Origin: Octopus vulgaris
Lineage: Eukaryota
Direction: 5' to 3'
NCBI GenBank assembly: GCA_951406725.2
Contig: CATOCA020000003.1
Span: 124,001 to 188,000, forward strand
DNA length: 64,000 nt
Below the pieces are notes generated by a model, which saw only the letters and a list, made by a program, of their open reading frames with translations, was not told the DNA's origin and ran no database searches. Within the stretch, counting starts at the first letter, position 1. The number at the start of each line of letters is the position of its first letter. Below, one piece after another: positions 34,001 through 46,769 of the stretch. The position numbers and the translations under genes are program-made.

Positions 34001-34609
34001 TAATTTTAACCCTTAATTTTAATTTTACCCTAACCTTAACCTTAACCTAACCTTAACCTTTAATTTTTAATTTCAACTTTAACCCTAACCTTTTAACCCT
34101 TAACCCTAATTTTAATTCTAACTAAATTCCCTAATTTTAATTTTAATTCCTAACCTTAACCCTAACCCTTTAACTAACCCTTTTAACCCTAACCCTTTTA
34201 ACCCTCACCCTAAACCCTAACCTCAACTAACCCTAACCCTAACCCTAAACACTAACCCTAATCCTAACCCTAACCCTAACCCTAACCCTAACCCTAACCC
34301 TAACCATAAACCTAACCCTAACCTAAAGCTAACCCTAACCCTAACCCTAACCCTAACCCTCTCTTAACCCTAACCCTAATCCTAACTAACCCTAACCCTA
34401 ACCCTAAACCTAACCCTAACCCTAACCTGAACCTTTAACCTTAACCTAACCCTAACCCCTAAACCTTAACCCTAACCCTAACCCTAACCCTAACCCTAAC
34501 CCTAACCCTAACCCTAACCCTAACCCTAACCCTAACCTCTAACCCTAACCCTAACCTTAACCCTAACCCTAACCCTAACCCTAACCCTAACCCTAACCCT
34601 AACCTTTAA

Positions 34610-34644
<35 letters not shown>

Positions 34645-34855
34645 CCCTAACCCTAACCCTAACCTTATCTAACCCTAACCCTAACCCTAACCCTAACCCT
34701 AACCCTAACCCTAACCCTAACCCTAACCCTTAACCCTAACCCTAACCCTAACCTAACCCTAACCCTAACCCTAACCCTAACCCTAACCCTAACCCTAAAC
34801 TCCTAACCCTAACCCTAACCCTAACCCTAACCCTAACCTAACCCTAACCCTAACC

Positions 34856-34896
<41 letters not shown>

Positions 34897-36840
34897 CCCT
34901 AACTCCTAACCCTAACCCTAACCCTAACCCTAACCCTAATCTCTACCCTAACCCTTTAACCCTAATTTTAAACCTAACCTTAACCCTAACTTTAACCGTA
35001 ACCCTTTAACCCTAACCCTAACCCTAACCCTAACCCTTAAACCTTAATTTTAATTTAATTTTAATTTTAACCCTAATTTTAATTTTAATTTTAATTTTTA
35101 ATTTTAATTTTAATTTTAACTTTAATTTTAATTTTACCCTAACCCTAATTTTAATTTTAACCCTAATTTAATTTTAATTTTAATTTTAATTTAAATTTTA
35201 ATTTTAATTTAATTTTAATTTTAATTTTAATTTTAATTTTAATTTTAATTTTAATTTTAATTTTAATTTTAATTTTAATTTTAATTTTAATTTTAATTTT
35301 AATTTAATTTTAATTTAATTTTAATTTTAATTTTAATTTTAATTTTAATTTTAATTTTAATTTTAATTTTAATTTTAATTTTAATTTTAATTTTAATTTT
35401 AATTTTAATTTTAATTTTAATTTTAATTTTAATTTTAATTTTAATTTTAATTTAATTTTAATTTTAATTTTAATTTTAATTTTAATTTTAATTTTAATTT
35501 TAATTTTAATTTTAATTTTAATTTTAATTTTAATTTTTCTTAATTTTAATTTTAATTTTATCTTAATTTTAATTTTAATTTTAATTTTCTTTAATTTTAA
35601 TTTAATTTAATTTTAATTTTAATTTTAATTTTAATTTTTAATTTTAATTTTTTTAATTTTAATTTTAATTTTAATTTTAATTTTTTTAATTTTAATTTTA
35701 ATTTTAATTTTAATTTTAATTTTAATTTTAATTTTAATTTTAATTTTAATTTTAATTTTAATTTTAATTTTAATTTAATTTTAATTTAATTTTAATTTTA
35801 ATTTTAATTTTAATTTTAATTTTAATTTTAATTTTAATTTTAATTTTAATTTTAATTTTAATTTTAATTTTAATTTTAATTTTAAATTTTAATTTTAATT
35901 TTTTTAATTTTTTTAATTTTAATTTTAATTTTAATTTTAATTTTAATTTTAATTTTAATTTTAATTTTAATTTTAATTTTATCACATCTTAATTTTAATT
36001 TTAATTTTAATTTTAATTTTAATTTTAATTTTAATTTTAATTTTAATTTTAATTTTAATTTTAATTTTAATTTTAATTTTAATTTTAATTTTAATTTTAA
36101 TTTTAATTTTAATTTTAATTTAATTTTAATTTTAATTTTAATTTTAATTTTAATTTTAATTTTAATTTTAATTTTAATTTTTAATTTTAATTTTAATTTT
36201 AATTTTAATTTTAATTTTAATTTTAATTTTAATTTTAACCCTTAACCCTAATTTTAATTAATTTTAATTTTTAATAATTTTTAACCCTAATTAACCCTAA
36301 CCCTAACCCTAACCCTAACCCTAACCCTAACCTAACCCTAACCCTAACCCTAACACTTAACCCTAACCCTAACCCTAACCCTAACCCTTAACCCTAACCC
36401 TAACCCTAACCCTAACCCTAACCCTAACCCTAACCCTAACTTTAACCCTAACCCTAACCCTAAACCTTAACCCGGACCCTAACCCTAACCGTAACCGTAA
36501 CCCCCTAACCCTAACCCTAACCCTAACCCTAACCCTAACCCTAACCCTAACCCTAACCCTCACCCTAAACCCTAACCCTAACCATAACCCTAACCCTAAC
36601 CCTAACCCTAAACACTAACCCTAACACTAACCCTAACCCTAACCCTAACCCTAACCCTAACCCTAAACCATAAACCTAACCCTATCCCTAACACTAATCC
36701 CTAAACCGTAACCCTAACCCTAACCCTAACCCTAACCTTAACCCTAACCCTAATCCTAACCCTAACCCTAACCCTAACCCTAACCCTAACCCTAAACCTT
36801 AACCCTAACACTAACCCTAACGCTAACCCGAACCCTAACC

Positions 36841-36881
<41 letters not shown>

Positions 36882-37071
36882 CCCTAACCCTAACCCTAAC
36901 CCTACCCTAACCCTAACCCTAACCCTTACCCTAACCCTAACCCTAACGCTAACCCTAACCCTAACCCTAACCCTACACCTAACCCTAACCCTAACCCTAA
37001 CCCTAACCCTATCCCTAATCCTAACCCTAACTTAACCCAAACCCTAAAACCTAACCCTAACCCTAACCCTA
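11333..37071 (-). repeat. Telomeric array (TTAGGG)n on the - strand, much of it rendered as (TTTTAA)n on +
   Basis: Long CCCTAA blocks (~20570-20910, 24450-29650, 30090-31090, 34200-35040, 36280-37071) alternate in the same 6-bp phase with TTTTAA blocks, through CCTTAA/CTTTAA intermediates. The orientation puts the chromosome end on the left. Confidence 0.9.
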
Positions 37072-37153
37072 GTTATATATATATTTAATATATATTTAAC
37101 CAAACGTTTTTAGTTTGAAAGGTGCTTTTATTTGCAATTCAAATATTATTAAC

Positions 37154-37355
37154 AAGGGGAGTAACTCTAAAAAGGAAAATAACTAAGAAATCTTTGAGTT
37201 ACCTCCCTTACATCTAAATTTTATTAGATGTAAGGGAAGTAACTCAAAGATTTTTTTAGTTATTTTCCTTTTTAGAGTTGTAATTTATAATATTCAAGGG
37301 AAGTAACTCTAGTATGGGAAATTGATTCAAAATTTTCCAGAGTTACTTCCCTTAC
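37154..37355. repeat. Nested palindrome cluster built from AAGGGNAGTAACTC...GAGTTACYTCCCTT units
   Basis: 37163-37279 is a near-perfect palindrome (~55-bp arms, 6-nt loop). Further hairpin units lie at 37154-37209 and 37296-37353. Confidence 0.85.
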
Positions 37356-37372
37356 ATGTTATTACGTTACAA

Positions 37373-37472
37373 TTAGGGTTTAGGGTTAGGGTTTAAGTTT
37401 ATGGGTTGGGGTTTAGGTTTTAGGGTTTAGGGTAAGGGTTAGTGTTTAAGGTTAGGGGTTGGGTTTAAGGGT
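37373..37472 (+). repeat. Degenerate (TTAGGG)n tract, opposite in orientation to the main telomere
   Basis: ttagggtttagggttagggtttaag... Confidence 0.8.
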
Positions 37473-37499
37473 TCTTCAAGAGCTGCACTTAATGTTGCG

Positions 37500-40400
37500 T
37501 GTGTCCGTGTGTTGTTATAAACACCTATAAAAGATGTGTGTTATAAACATAACAAAGAAACTATTTCAAGAGAGTAATACATTGTTATTTATATCTTTAT
37601 AAATCCGAGTAAAATCCACAAAAACAACCAAAAAAATGAGTTCAAATTCCGCCGAGGTGTCCTTCCGGGGGCCGATGTAATCAAATTCTGGTTTGCACAC
37701 ACAACGGTAGGAACCTACGATATTCTTAATCATTTATATAAATTTTTATAATTTTTATAATGAACATAATCGTATTAATAGTCGTAGAGATCATATTACA
37801 GAACATTTAACTGACACATTTTTTTTTCTAAATTGCTTTATGGATTTATTATAAATAATCGGCATACATATTCTCACGTATAGGAAAGCAAAATATTGTG
37901 TGAAGTTTTGTGGCATTCATTTATTTATTTATTTGCACCGATGTGTTCCCGTTACTTACCATGAAGTACCTATCTCTCACCCCTAACCCAAACCTATGCT
38001 CAATTGCAATATTTTTGTACATTTTGTTTTCTTTGATTTGTTAATAAAAATCACTTTTCATACTAAAAATTTGGAAAGAAAAATTATAACGCCTGTATTG
38101 TGTGAAGTTTTGTGATTTCTAAAATATACCAGCTCGCATTAATCTAATAAGAGTATATCTATAAAATTGTCAATAATTTCCATATGCAACTTATATATAT
38201 GAAACATATATATTTAAAAATATAGGCTAACCTTTATTCGTATAGCATTTTTAGGCTAAAACATCAGTCTCAAAAGTGTATATCTACAAAATTGCAATTC
38301 TGTTCACCTTATGGTATTTGTTTGCAGAAATGAGCGGAACAGTGACCATGCAATATTGTAAAATAATGAGTTTTCATTTTGAGAAATCTTATGATTTCTT
38401 AAGTATTTATCAAATATTATAATTCAGTTAGCATATTTATAACATACTGATGTTGAAATCGTTTTGGTGTTGAAATTTTGTTCTCGATTTAATACTTATT
38501 TGCAATATTTTAACACAAATTTTTCTTAGTAACACTTATGAGCAAAATGTCATAAATGGTACATTGAAAAATAGGAAGGAATTTTTGAAATATATTTGTT
38601 ATTACTTTGTTTCAGAAAACAATAAATTTTCAATTTTGGTCACATTTTCTAGCTAATTTCCAATATTGCAAGTCCTTTTGATATTGCATTTTTTTTATTT
38701 TGACACATTTCCTTATAATCGGCTAATGTAATACTTATCGGCTGATTAGATGAAATAGTCACTTATTTGTGAGCCGATACCGATTTGTGATTTCAGAAAT
38801 TTTTTATTAATAATCGTATAATTAAACGCAATAATATTTGTAGAGAAAATATTACAGAACAGACATTTAAAAATATAGTGACATTTTAATCAGCACACAA
38901 TTTCTTACGTAAATGTCATACGTACATTTTAAATAGGAAAGTAAAATTTTGACATTTTTTTCAGAAATCTTTCATAAATATACTTTTGTTATTCAGCTAG
39001 GATATAAAACATTTTTAGTTTGAGAAGTGTCACAAATAAACACAATTTCATCTTCTAACTATATTTTAAGAAATCGACTGACATGTTGAAGTAACAACAT
39101 TAAATATGAAGTAACCCCTAACTTTTACCCTTATGAGTAGAGAACTTGTATTCAACTCAATTTCAATATTTTGACAATGTATTCCAAAAATTTATGCGAT
39201 CTCAATAAATAATTTTAATTTTAAATTTTACGGAGCTTAGTAAAATTTTGACAGTGTACCAAAACTGACATTTTATCAAAAGGTTTTTAGTCTCATAAGT
39301 GCTTATTAACAAATCGTGAGAATCAGCAAACGTTCTATACGTATGATATTTACATTAATGTATTTCTAATTTACATGCTTATCTGCAATATATTGACATT
39401 TTGTTTTTCGAAAACCCTTCCGATGCATGTAGGAATATATTAGTCTCAAAAGTGTTTGTCACATGAATGTCATAGATGTGTTAATGAAAATTCCATATAC
39501 AATATAGTTCAAACAATTTGCATTTGCAATCGTTTTTATGACTATTTTAATATTTTAACAGATTCTGTCTTCACAATGACGGAAGGTTACAGAACTGACA
39601 TGTAACTAAACAGTTTATGATATTTTCTTTTTTTTTAAGTATTTTATAATCTTATAAAAAGAATGTCATACTATATTAAAAAATAGAAAAGCAAAATTTT
39701 GATATATTTTATTTGTAAAATATTGTCAAATATTGCAAGCATAATTAGAAATAAATACCATACAAATGAAAACATAGGATGATTCTCACGATTTAGTAAT
39801 AAGTACATATCAGACTGAAAACGTTTTGTTGTATATAATAATATAAGGATATTTTTGAAATCACAAAATTTCGGACGGGACAATTGAGCATGTAGTTGTA
39901 TTTCGCTGCAATGTTACTGTTGTATCACGCCCTCCACTCATTAAGGTTGTGTTAGGTTTAGGGGAGTGAGGGGTTAGTTCATGATGAGTGTTGTACCCGG
40001 CACTTATTAGTTTAAATAAAACAACAAATAAATAAATATATACTACTACATGCTGGCTGATTTTTTAATTGATTGACTAAAATTGAAATTTTTTGTTTTT
40101 TTTACCATATTTCTAACATCATTCGTCAGATTAACACTTTTAATCATAAAACTTGTCACACTACAAATATGTCCTTTTTTTAAAGGTATTATGACATTTT
40201 TCTAAGAAAATAAAATGAGAAAACGTTTTAATCACCAAAACATTGTAAACCGTTTAGTTACATGTCAGTTCTGTATCGTTCTGTAATTATTAAGAAGACA
40301 ATATACTACATCGATTTCTGAAAATATTAATAAGCTTGAAAATGTGAAAAAACTTGCAAATGCAAATTTTTTATTTTTTCTAATACAATAAAAACGTTTT

Positions 40401-43400
40401 CTTCAATTATTGCAGAAATCACAAGATTTCTTTTAATACAAATATTTTTCTTAGCTTGAAAACTATATTGTATATAACATTTTTTCAAAATATATCAAAA
40501 TATTGCAGATAAGAACGAAAACGTGGAAAAAATTGCAAGCAATGCATTAATTAAAAGTTACATAAATATAAATACCATACAACGTCCACTGTACATTCAT
40601 GACATTTACATTATTATGAAACTATAAAGTGATTTAGAAAACAAATAATGTGTCATAATATTGTAAACGGTGCAGTTTAATGTATGTGCGATTATTATAA
40701 AAATTTCTGAAATAACGAATCGGCATCACAAATTTATGACTGTTTAGCCGTTAACTATTAGATTAACCAATTAAGACAAAATGTGTCGAAATAAATAAGC
40801 ATTTAAAAGTGTACAAATTTGTACAGTGTACAAAAGTGTAAAATCATTTTTGCAAAATTGAAAATAAGCTTCAAATTGTAACCTAAATTCAAAATTTCTT
40901 GTTTTTTGTGAAAATAAAAACGTTTCATAAACATATTTGATAAATTGTTCAGAAATCATTAGATTTCTCACCAAATTTCGTACACTACAAAAATTGCTTA
41001 CTACTTTCCAATTATAACAAATTTTGAGTAAGTCAAAATGTGTTAAAATATTGCAAATAAGCATAAAATTGAGAACAAAATTGCAAATATATAACCACAA
41101 ATACATACGTTATTTGTTTCATAAGGTGAACAAAATTGCAATATTGTAGATATACACTTTTGAGATTAACAGGCCTTCCATTCGGTTAACCAGAAATACA
41201 TAAAAACTGTACGAATATATGTTAGTCTCTATTTTACAATATAGATGTTTCATATAGTTTTTATTGTTTCAAAGTTTCAAAGTTTTTATTGTGACACCTT
41301 ATAAATTAGAATGTTTTTTATGCGAGCTGCTGTACAACAATATATTTTAGAAATCACAAAACTTCACACGTGAAAAATTTTTCTTTTCAGATTTTTAGTG
41401 TGAAAAGTGCATATTAGCAAATCGTTAGAACAAGCCAATGTTATATTCGTATGGTATATTTTCTCTGTTATAAATGCAAGCATAATTAGAAATACATAAA
41501 TAAGAATACAACATTGGCTGATTCTTACGATTCTTACATAAAAACAAATAAATAAATGTATACAAATACATGTTTGCTGATTTGTTAAAATATAGATGTT
41601 TAATTGGGTGATCAAAATTGAAATTTTTTGTTTTTTTTACTATATTTGTGACAACATTCGACACATTAACGCTTTTTGATCACAAAACTTTTGCTTTCCT
41701 TTTTTTAAAGGTATTACATTTTCGTGATAAAATGAAATGAGAAAATGTTTTAAATACCAAAACGTTGTAAACCGTTTACATTTCGGAAATCACAAGATTT
41801 ACTTTTCAGACTGAAAACGTTTTGTTGAATATATCCTAGCTGATTAATTATAAAAGAATATTTATCAAACATTTCGGAAATCACAAATTTTCGGACAAGA
41901 CAAATTGAAAAACGAAATAAGAATGTGCAAAAATATTGCAAATGAGCATTTTAATGTATTTCACTGCTTTGGTTACTGTTGAATCACGCCTTACACTGAT
42001 TAGGGTAGGGTCAGGGACAGGGGTGAGAGTTATGGGTTAGTTCATGGTGAGTGTTATTGCGACAACTTATAAATTAAAATGTTTTTTATGCGGGCTGTTG
42101 TACAACAATATATTTTAGAAATCACAAAACGTTATTATTCTGTCAAAAAAACCGCAAGAATTTGCATATTTTATGCATATTTTATTATTTTAACATATTC
42201 TGTCTTCACAATGACAGAACGTTTCAGAGTTGACATGTAACAGTGAATAATGTTTTGTTTTTTTTTTTATTATTTTCTGCTTTCATTACTATAATCTTAT
42301 AAAAAGCCGACATACATTTTTTCACAAAAATGTCATACTAAAAATAGGAAAGCAAAATTTTGACATATTTTGTGATTGCTAAAATATTGTCAAAAGTTGC
42401 AAGCATAATTAGAAATACATAAATATAAATACATTGGCTGATTCTCACGATTTGGTAATAAGTACATTTCAGACTGAAAACGTTTTATTAAATATTTCCT
42501 AGCTGTAATAAAAGAATATTTTTGAAATCAAAAAATTTCGGACGGGACAATTGAGCATGTAGTTGTATTTCGCTGCATGGTTACTGTTGTATCACGCCCT
42601 CCACTCATTAAGTTAGGGTTAGGTTTAGGGGTGAGAGTGATGTAACATAGAAACAAATAAATAAATGTATACAAATACATGTTTGCTGATTTGTTAAAAT
42701 ATAGATGTTTAATTGGGATCAAAATTGAAATTTTTTGTTTTTTTTACTATATTTGTGACAACATTCGACACATTAACGCTTTTAATCACAAAACTTTTGC
42801 TTTCCTTTTTTTAAGGGTATTACATTTTCGTGATAAAATGAAATGAGAAAACGTTTTAAATACTAAAACGTTGTAAACCGTTTACATTTCGGAAATCAGA
42901 AAATTTCGGACTTGTGAAACTGAAAAAAAGAATGTGCAAAAATAATGCAAATGAGCATCTCGATGTATTTCACTGCATAGTTACTGTTTTATCACGCCCT
43001 CCACTGATTAGGGTAGGGGTGAGAGTTAGGGGCTAGTTCATAGTGAGTGTTGTAACGGGCACTGATCACTTGAAATAAATACATATATACAAATACATGT
43101 TAGCTGACTTGTTAAAATATAAAATTGCAAATTGAAATTTCTTGTTTTTTTAACACGTTTAAGACTAAAATTGATTTATATGCCAGCTAATTAATAACAA
43201 TATTTCAGAAATTACAAAACTTATCACACTACAAACATGTCACAATTTTAGTTTCGTATACTTCAATGTAGGTTGACATTTTTGTAAGAAGCTGTATACT
43301 GGCTATTTATAAGATTATAGCTATATGTAATTGAACGTAATTAATTGTTAAAATTTCGTTTACATTTCGGAAATCAGAAAATTTCGGACTTGTGAAACTG

Positions 43401-46030
43401 AAAAAAAGAATGTGCAAAAATAATGCAAATGAGCATCTCGATGTATTTCACTGCATAGTTACTGTTTTATCACGCCCTCCACTGATTAGGGTAGGGGTGA
43501 GAGTTAGGGGCTAGTTCATAGTGAGTGTTGTAACGGGCACTGATCACTTGAAATAAATACATATATACAAATACATGTTAGCTGACTTGTTAAAATATAA
43601 AATTGCAAATTGAAATTTCTTGTTTTTTTAACACGTTTAAGACTAAAATTGATTTATATGCCAGCTAATTAATAACAATATTTCAGAAATTACAAAACTT
43701 ATCACACTATAAACATGTCACAATTTTAGTTTCGTATACTTCAATGTAGGTTGACATTTTTGTAAGAGGCTGTATACTGGCTATTTATAAGATTATAGCT
43801 ATATGTAATTGAACGTAATTAATTGTTAAAATTTCGTTTACATTTCGGAAATCAGAAAATTTCGGACTTGTGAAACTGAAAAAAAGAATGTGCAAAAAAA
43901 TGCAAATGAGCATCTCGATGTATTTCACTGCATAGTTACTGTTTTATCACGCCCTCCACTGATTAGGGTAGGGGTGAGAGTTAGGGGCTAGTTCATAGTG
44001 AGTGTTGTAACGGGCACTGATCACTTGAAATAAATACATATATACAAATACATGTTAGCTGACTTGTTAAAATATAAAATTGCAAATTGAAATTTCTTGT
44101 TTTTTTAACACGTTTAAGACTAAAATTGATTTATATGCCAGCTAATTAATAACAATATTTCAGAAATTACAAAACTTATCACACTATAAACATGTCACAA
44201 TTTTAGTTTCGTATACTTCAATGTAGGTTGACATTTTTGTAAGAGGCTGTATACTGGCTATTTATAAGATTATAGCTATATGTAATTGAACGTAATTAAT
44301 TGTTAAAATTTCGTTTACATTTCGGAAATCAGAAAATTTCGGACTTGTGAAACTGAAAAAAAGAATGTGCAAAAAAATGCAAATGAGCATCTCGATGTAT
44401 TTCACTGCATAGTTACTGTTTTATCACGCCCTCCACTGATTAGTGTAGGGGTGAGAGTTAGGGGCTAGTTCATAGTGAGTGTTGTAACGGGCACTGATCA
44501 CTTGAAATCAAATACATGTTAGCTGACTTGTTAAAATATAAAATTGCAAATTGAAATTTCTTGTTTTTTTAACACGTTTAAGACTAAAATTGATTTATAT
44601 GCCAGCTAATTAATAACAATATTTCAGAAATTACAAAACTTATCACACTACAAACATGTCACAATTTTAGTTTCGTATACTTCAATGTAGGTTGACATTT
44701 TTGTAAGAAGCTGTATACTGGCTATTTATAAGATTATAGCTATATGTAATTGAACGTAATTAATTGTTAAAATGTTGCATGGAAGCATGAAAATGATAAC
44801 ATCAAACGTCACAAAAATTGCATATGCAAATTCTTTGTTTTTTCTTACAGAATAATTACGATTCGTAAGTAAAAAATTCAGATAAAATTTTCTCATTCTT
44901 GAAATAACACATTGTTTTACTACATACATTTTAAAAGACAAAATGTGGCAAAATATTGCAAATAAGCTATAAAGTGAACAAAATTGCAAGGAAAATTATA
45001 AATACATAATTATAAATACTGTACGTATACAACGTTAGATCATACTCACGATATAATAAGTACTTTCGAGACTAAAAACGTTTTGAAAGATATTCATCGA
45101 GAACATTGTGTCAAAATATTGCAAAGGGGTTAGGGGTTAGTTCATGGCCGATTTGTTAAAGTTTGATAAGGTAAACTCAATTGCAAATAGAAAGTTTTTG
45201 TTTGAGTCACTAAAATGTTTCAGATAACGGGTAAGTCTGTTCTGTAATATGTTTTTTACGATTATGTTCATTATACAAATTTCTAATATAACAAATCGTA
45301 ATCGGCAAAGAATGTCAACTGTATATCAGGTACAAATTTAATTTTAACATTAAAGATTCCTCACCAATTTCTGAAACTTTAGTAAGAAAAATGTATGCCT
45401 GTTATTCATAACCTATAATTATAAAGAAGTCAAAAAAGCATGAAAACGAGAACAAAGTTAAAATATCAATACGATTTTGTATGCTAACTGAGAAATCACA
45501 GGAATTTTGAAAACTCAAATGAACAATCTTCTTCAGTGTACAATAAACACATTTGTGACATTCTTTCACAATCACTTTTTAAACTAATATTTTGCTAATG
45601 CCAATTTTATTTATCAGACATACATGAGAAACCTCTTTCAAAAACAAAATATTGCAGAAATATTGCATAAAAACGTGAACAAAATTGCAATGTCAAAACG
45701 ACTTGCAATGGCTAGAAAATGTGAACAAAATTTCTTTTTTTGTGTAACAGAATACTAACGTGTAAAATGTCAAAAATTGCTTCCTATTTTTCAACGTAAC
45801 ATTAACACATTTATGACATTTTGCCGGGTAATTATAACATTAGCCGATTACAAAACTAGAACAAAATTGCAGTACCAAAATGATTTCAACGATTAATAAT
45901 ATTTATTAAACAGTTAAGAAATTACAAAATTTCTCAAGACTCAAATGAGCTATCTTATTCTTCATTGTACAATAAACACATTTGTGAGATTTTTTTCACA
46001 ATCAGTTTTCACGGTAATATTTTGATTATA
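37500..46030. repeat. AT-rich subtelomeric mosaic of locally duplicated modules
   Basis: For example ~41540-41790 matches ~42645-42898, ~39690-39940 matches ~42340-42610, and ~41299-41363 matches ~42067-42130. The module gttactgtt..atcacgccctccact..ttagggt recurs. Confidence 0.75.
42879..44773. repeat. Tandem repeat, 4 x ~478 bp
   Basis: The unit start cgtttacatttcggaaatcagaaaatttcgg occurs at 42879, 43357, 43835 and 44312. Copies are nearly identical; the last has a short deletion. Confidence 0.95.
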
Positions 46031-46032
46031 TG

Positions 46033-46395
46033 TAGGGTTAGGTTTACGGTTAGGGATTAGGGTTAGGGTTAGGGTTATGGTTAGGGTTAGGGTTACCCTA
46101 ACCATAACATTAACCCTAACCCTAACCCTTGCCATAACCCTTAAACCTAACCCGTTACGGTTACGGTTACGGTAAGGGTTCGGGTTAAGTTTAGTGTTAG
46201 GTTTAGTGTTAGGGTTAGAGTTAGGGTTAGCGTTGGGTTAGGGTTAGGGTCAGTGTTAGGGTTAGCGTTGGGTTAGGGTTAGGGTTGGGGTTAGGTTTAG
46301 GGTTAGGGTTATGGTCAGGGTTAAGGTTACGTTTAGGGTTAGCTTTAGGGTTAGGGTTAGGGTTTGGGTTAGGGTTAGGGTTAAGTTTAGGGTTC
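46033..46395. repeat. Interstitial telomeric tract with internal inversion
   Basis: TTAGGG-like to 46095, CCCTAA-like from 46096 to 46153, then TTAGGG-like again to 46395. Confidence 0.9.
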
Positions 46396-46399
46396 AAAC

Positions 46400-46511
46400 G
46401 GACAAAGCTTTTTGTAACTTTTCATCCTGTTTTGTCCCTTTATGTTCTCTAATCATGTGTGTCAACCCTTGTGGACAATAAAAAGAATATATTATTATTA
46501 TTATTATTATT
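46400..46511 (+). mobile_element. Possible short 3' end of a non-LTR retrotransposon with (ATT)n tail
   Basis: T-rich segment, AATAAA, then an ATT repeat. No coding sequence is visible. Confidence 0.3.
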
Positions 46512-46769
46512 TTCAAAAGCAGTGACGTAACGCTTTACATAGGTAAACATTCGAGCGCGATTCGATTGAAATACATATTTTATTAGTTGAACGATATTTC
46601 CACAGTAAGTTTGTCTACGTCAAGTTAAAAATGTAGAAGTGTTACAAATTCAAAATAAAAGAAATTTAAGTGTAAAATTATGACCGAGAGCAACCAGCGT
46701 CCATACATTGATGTAATGACATCATTAGTTTTTAAGTTTCTCGTTGACAACACATATCTACCATCTTAC

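Noticed and set aside
24604-36563. LG/VR/KL/KI dipeptide ORFs
   Set aside because: They are translations of telomeric hexamers, with no evidence of coding.
39671-44989. Short AT-rich ORFs in the subtelomere
   Set aside because: Low-complexity composition, no domains, and they lie in duplicated non-coding modules.
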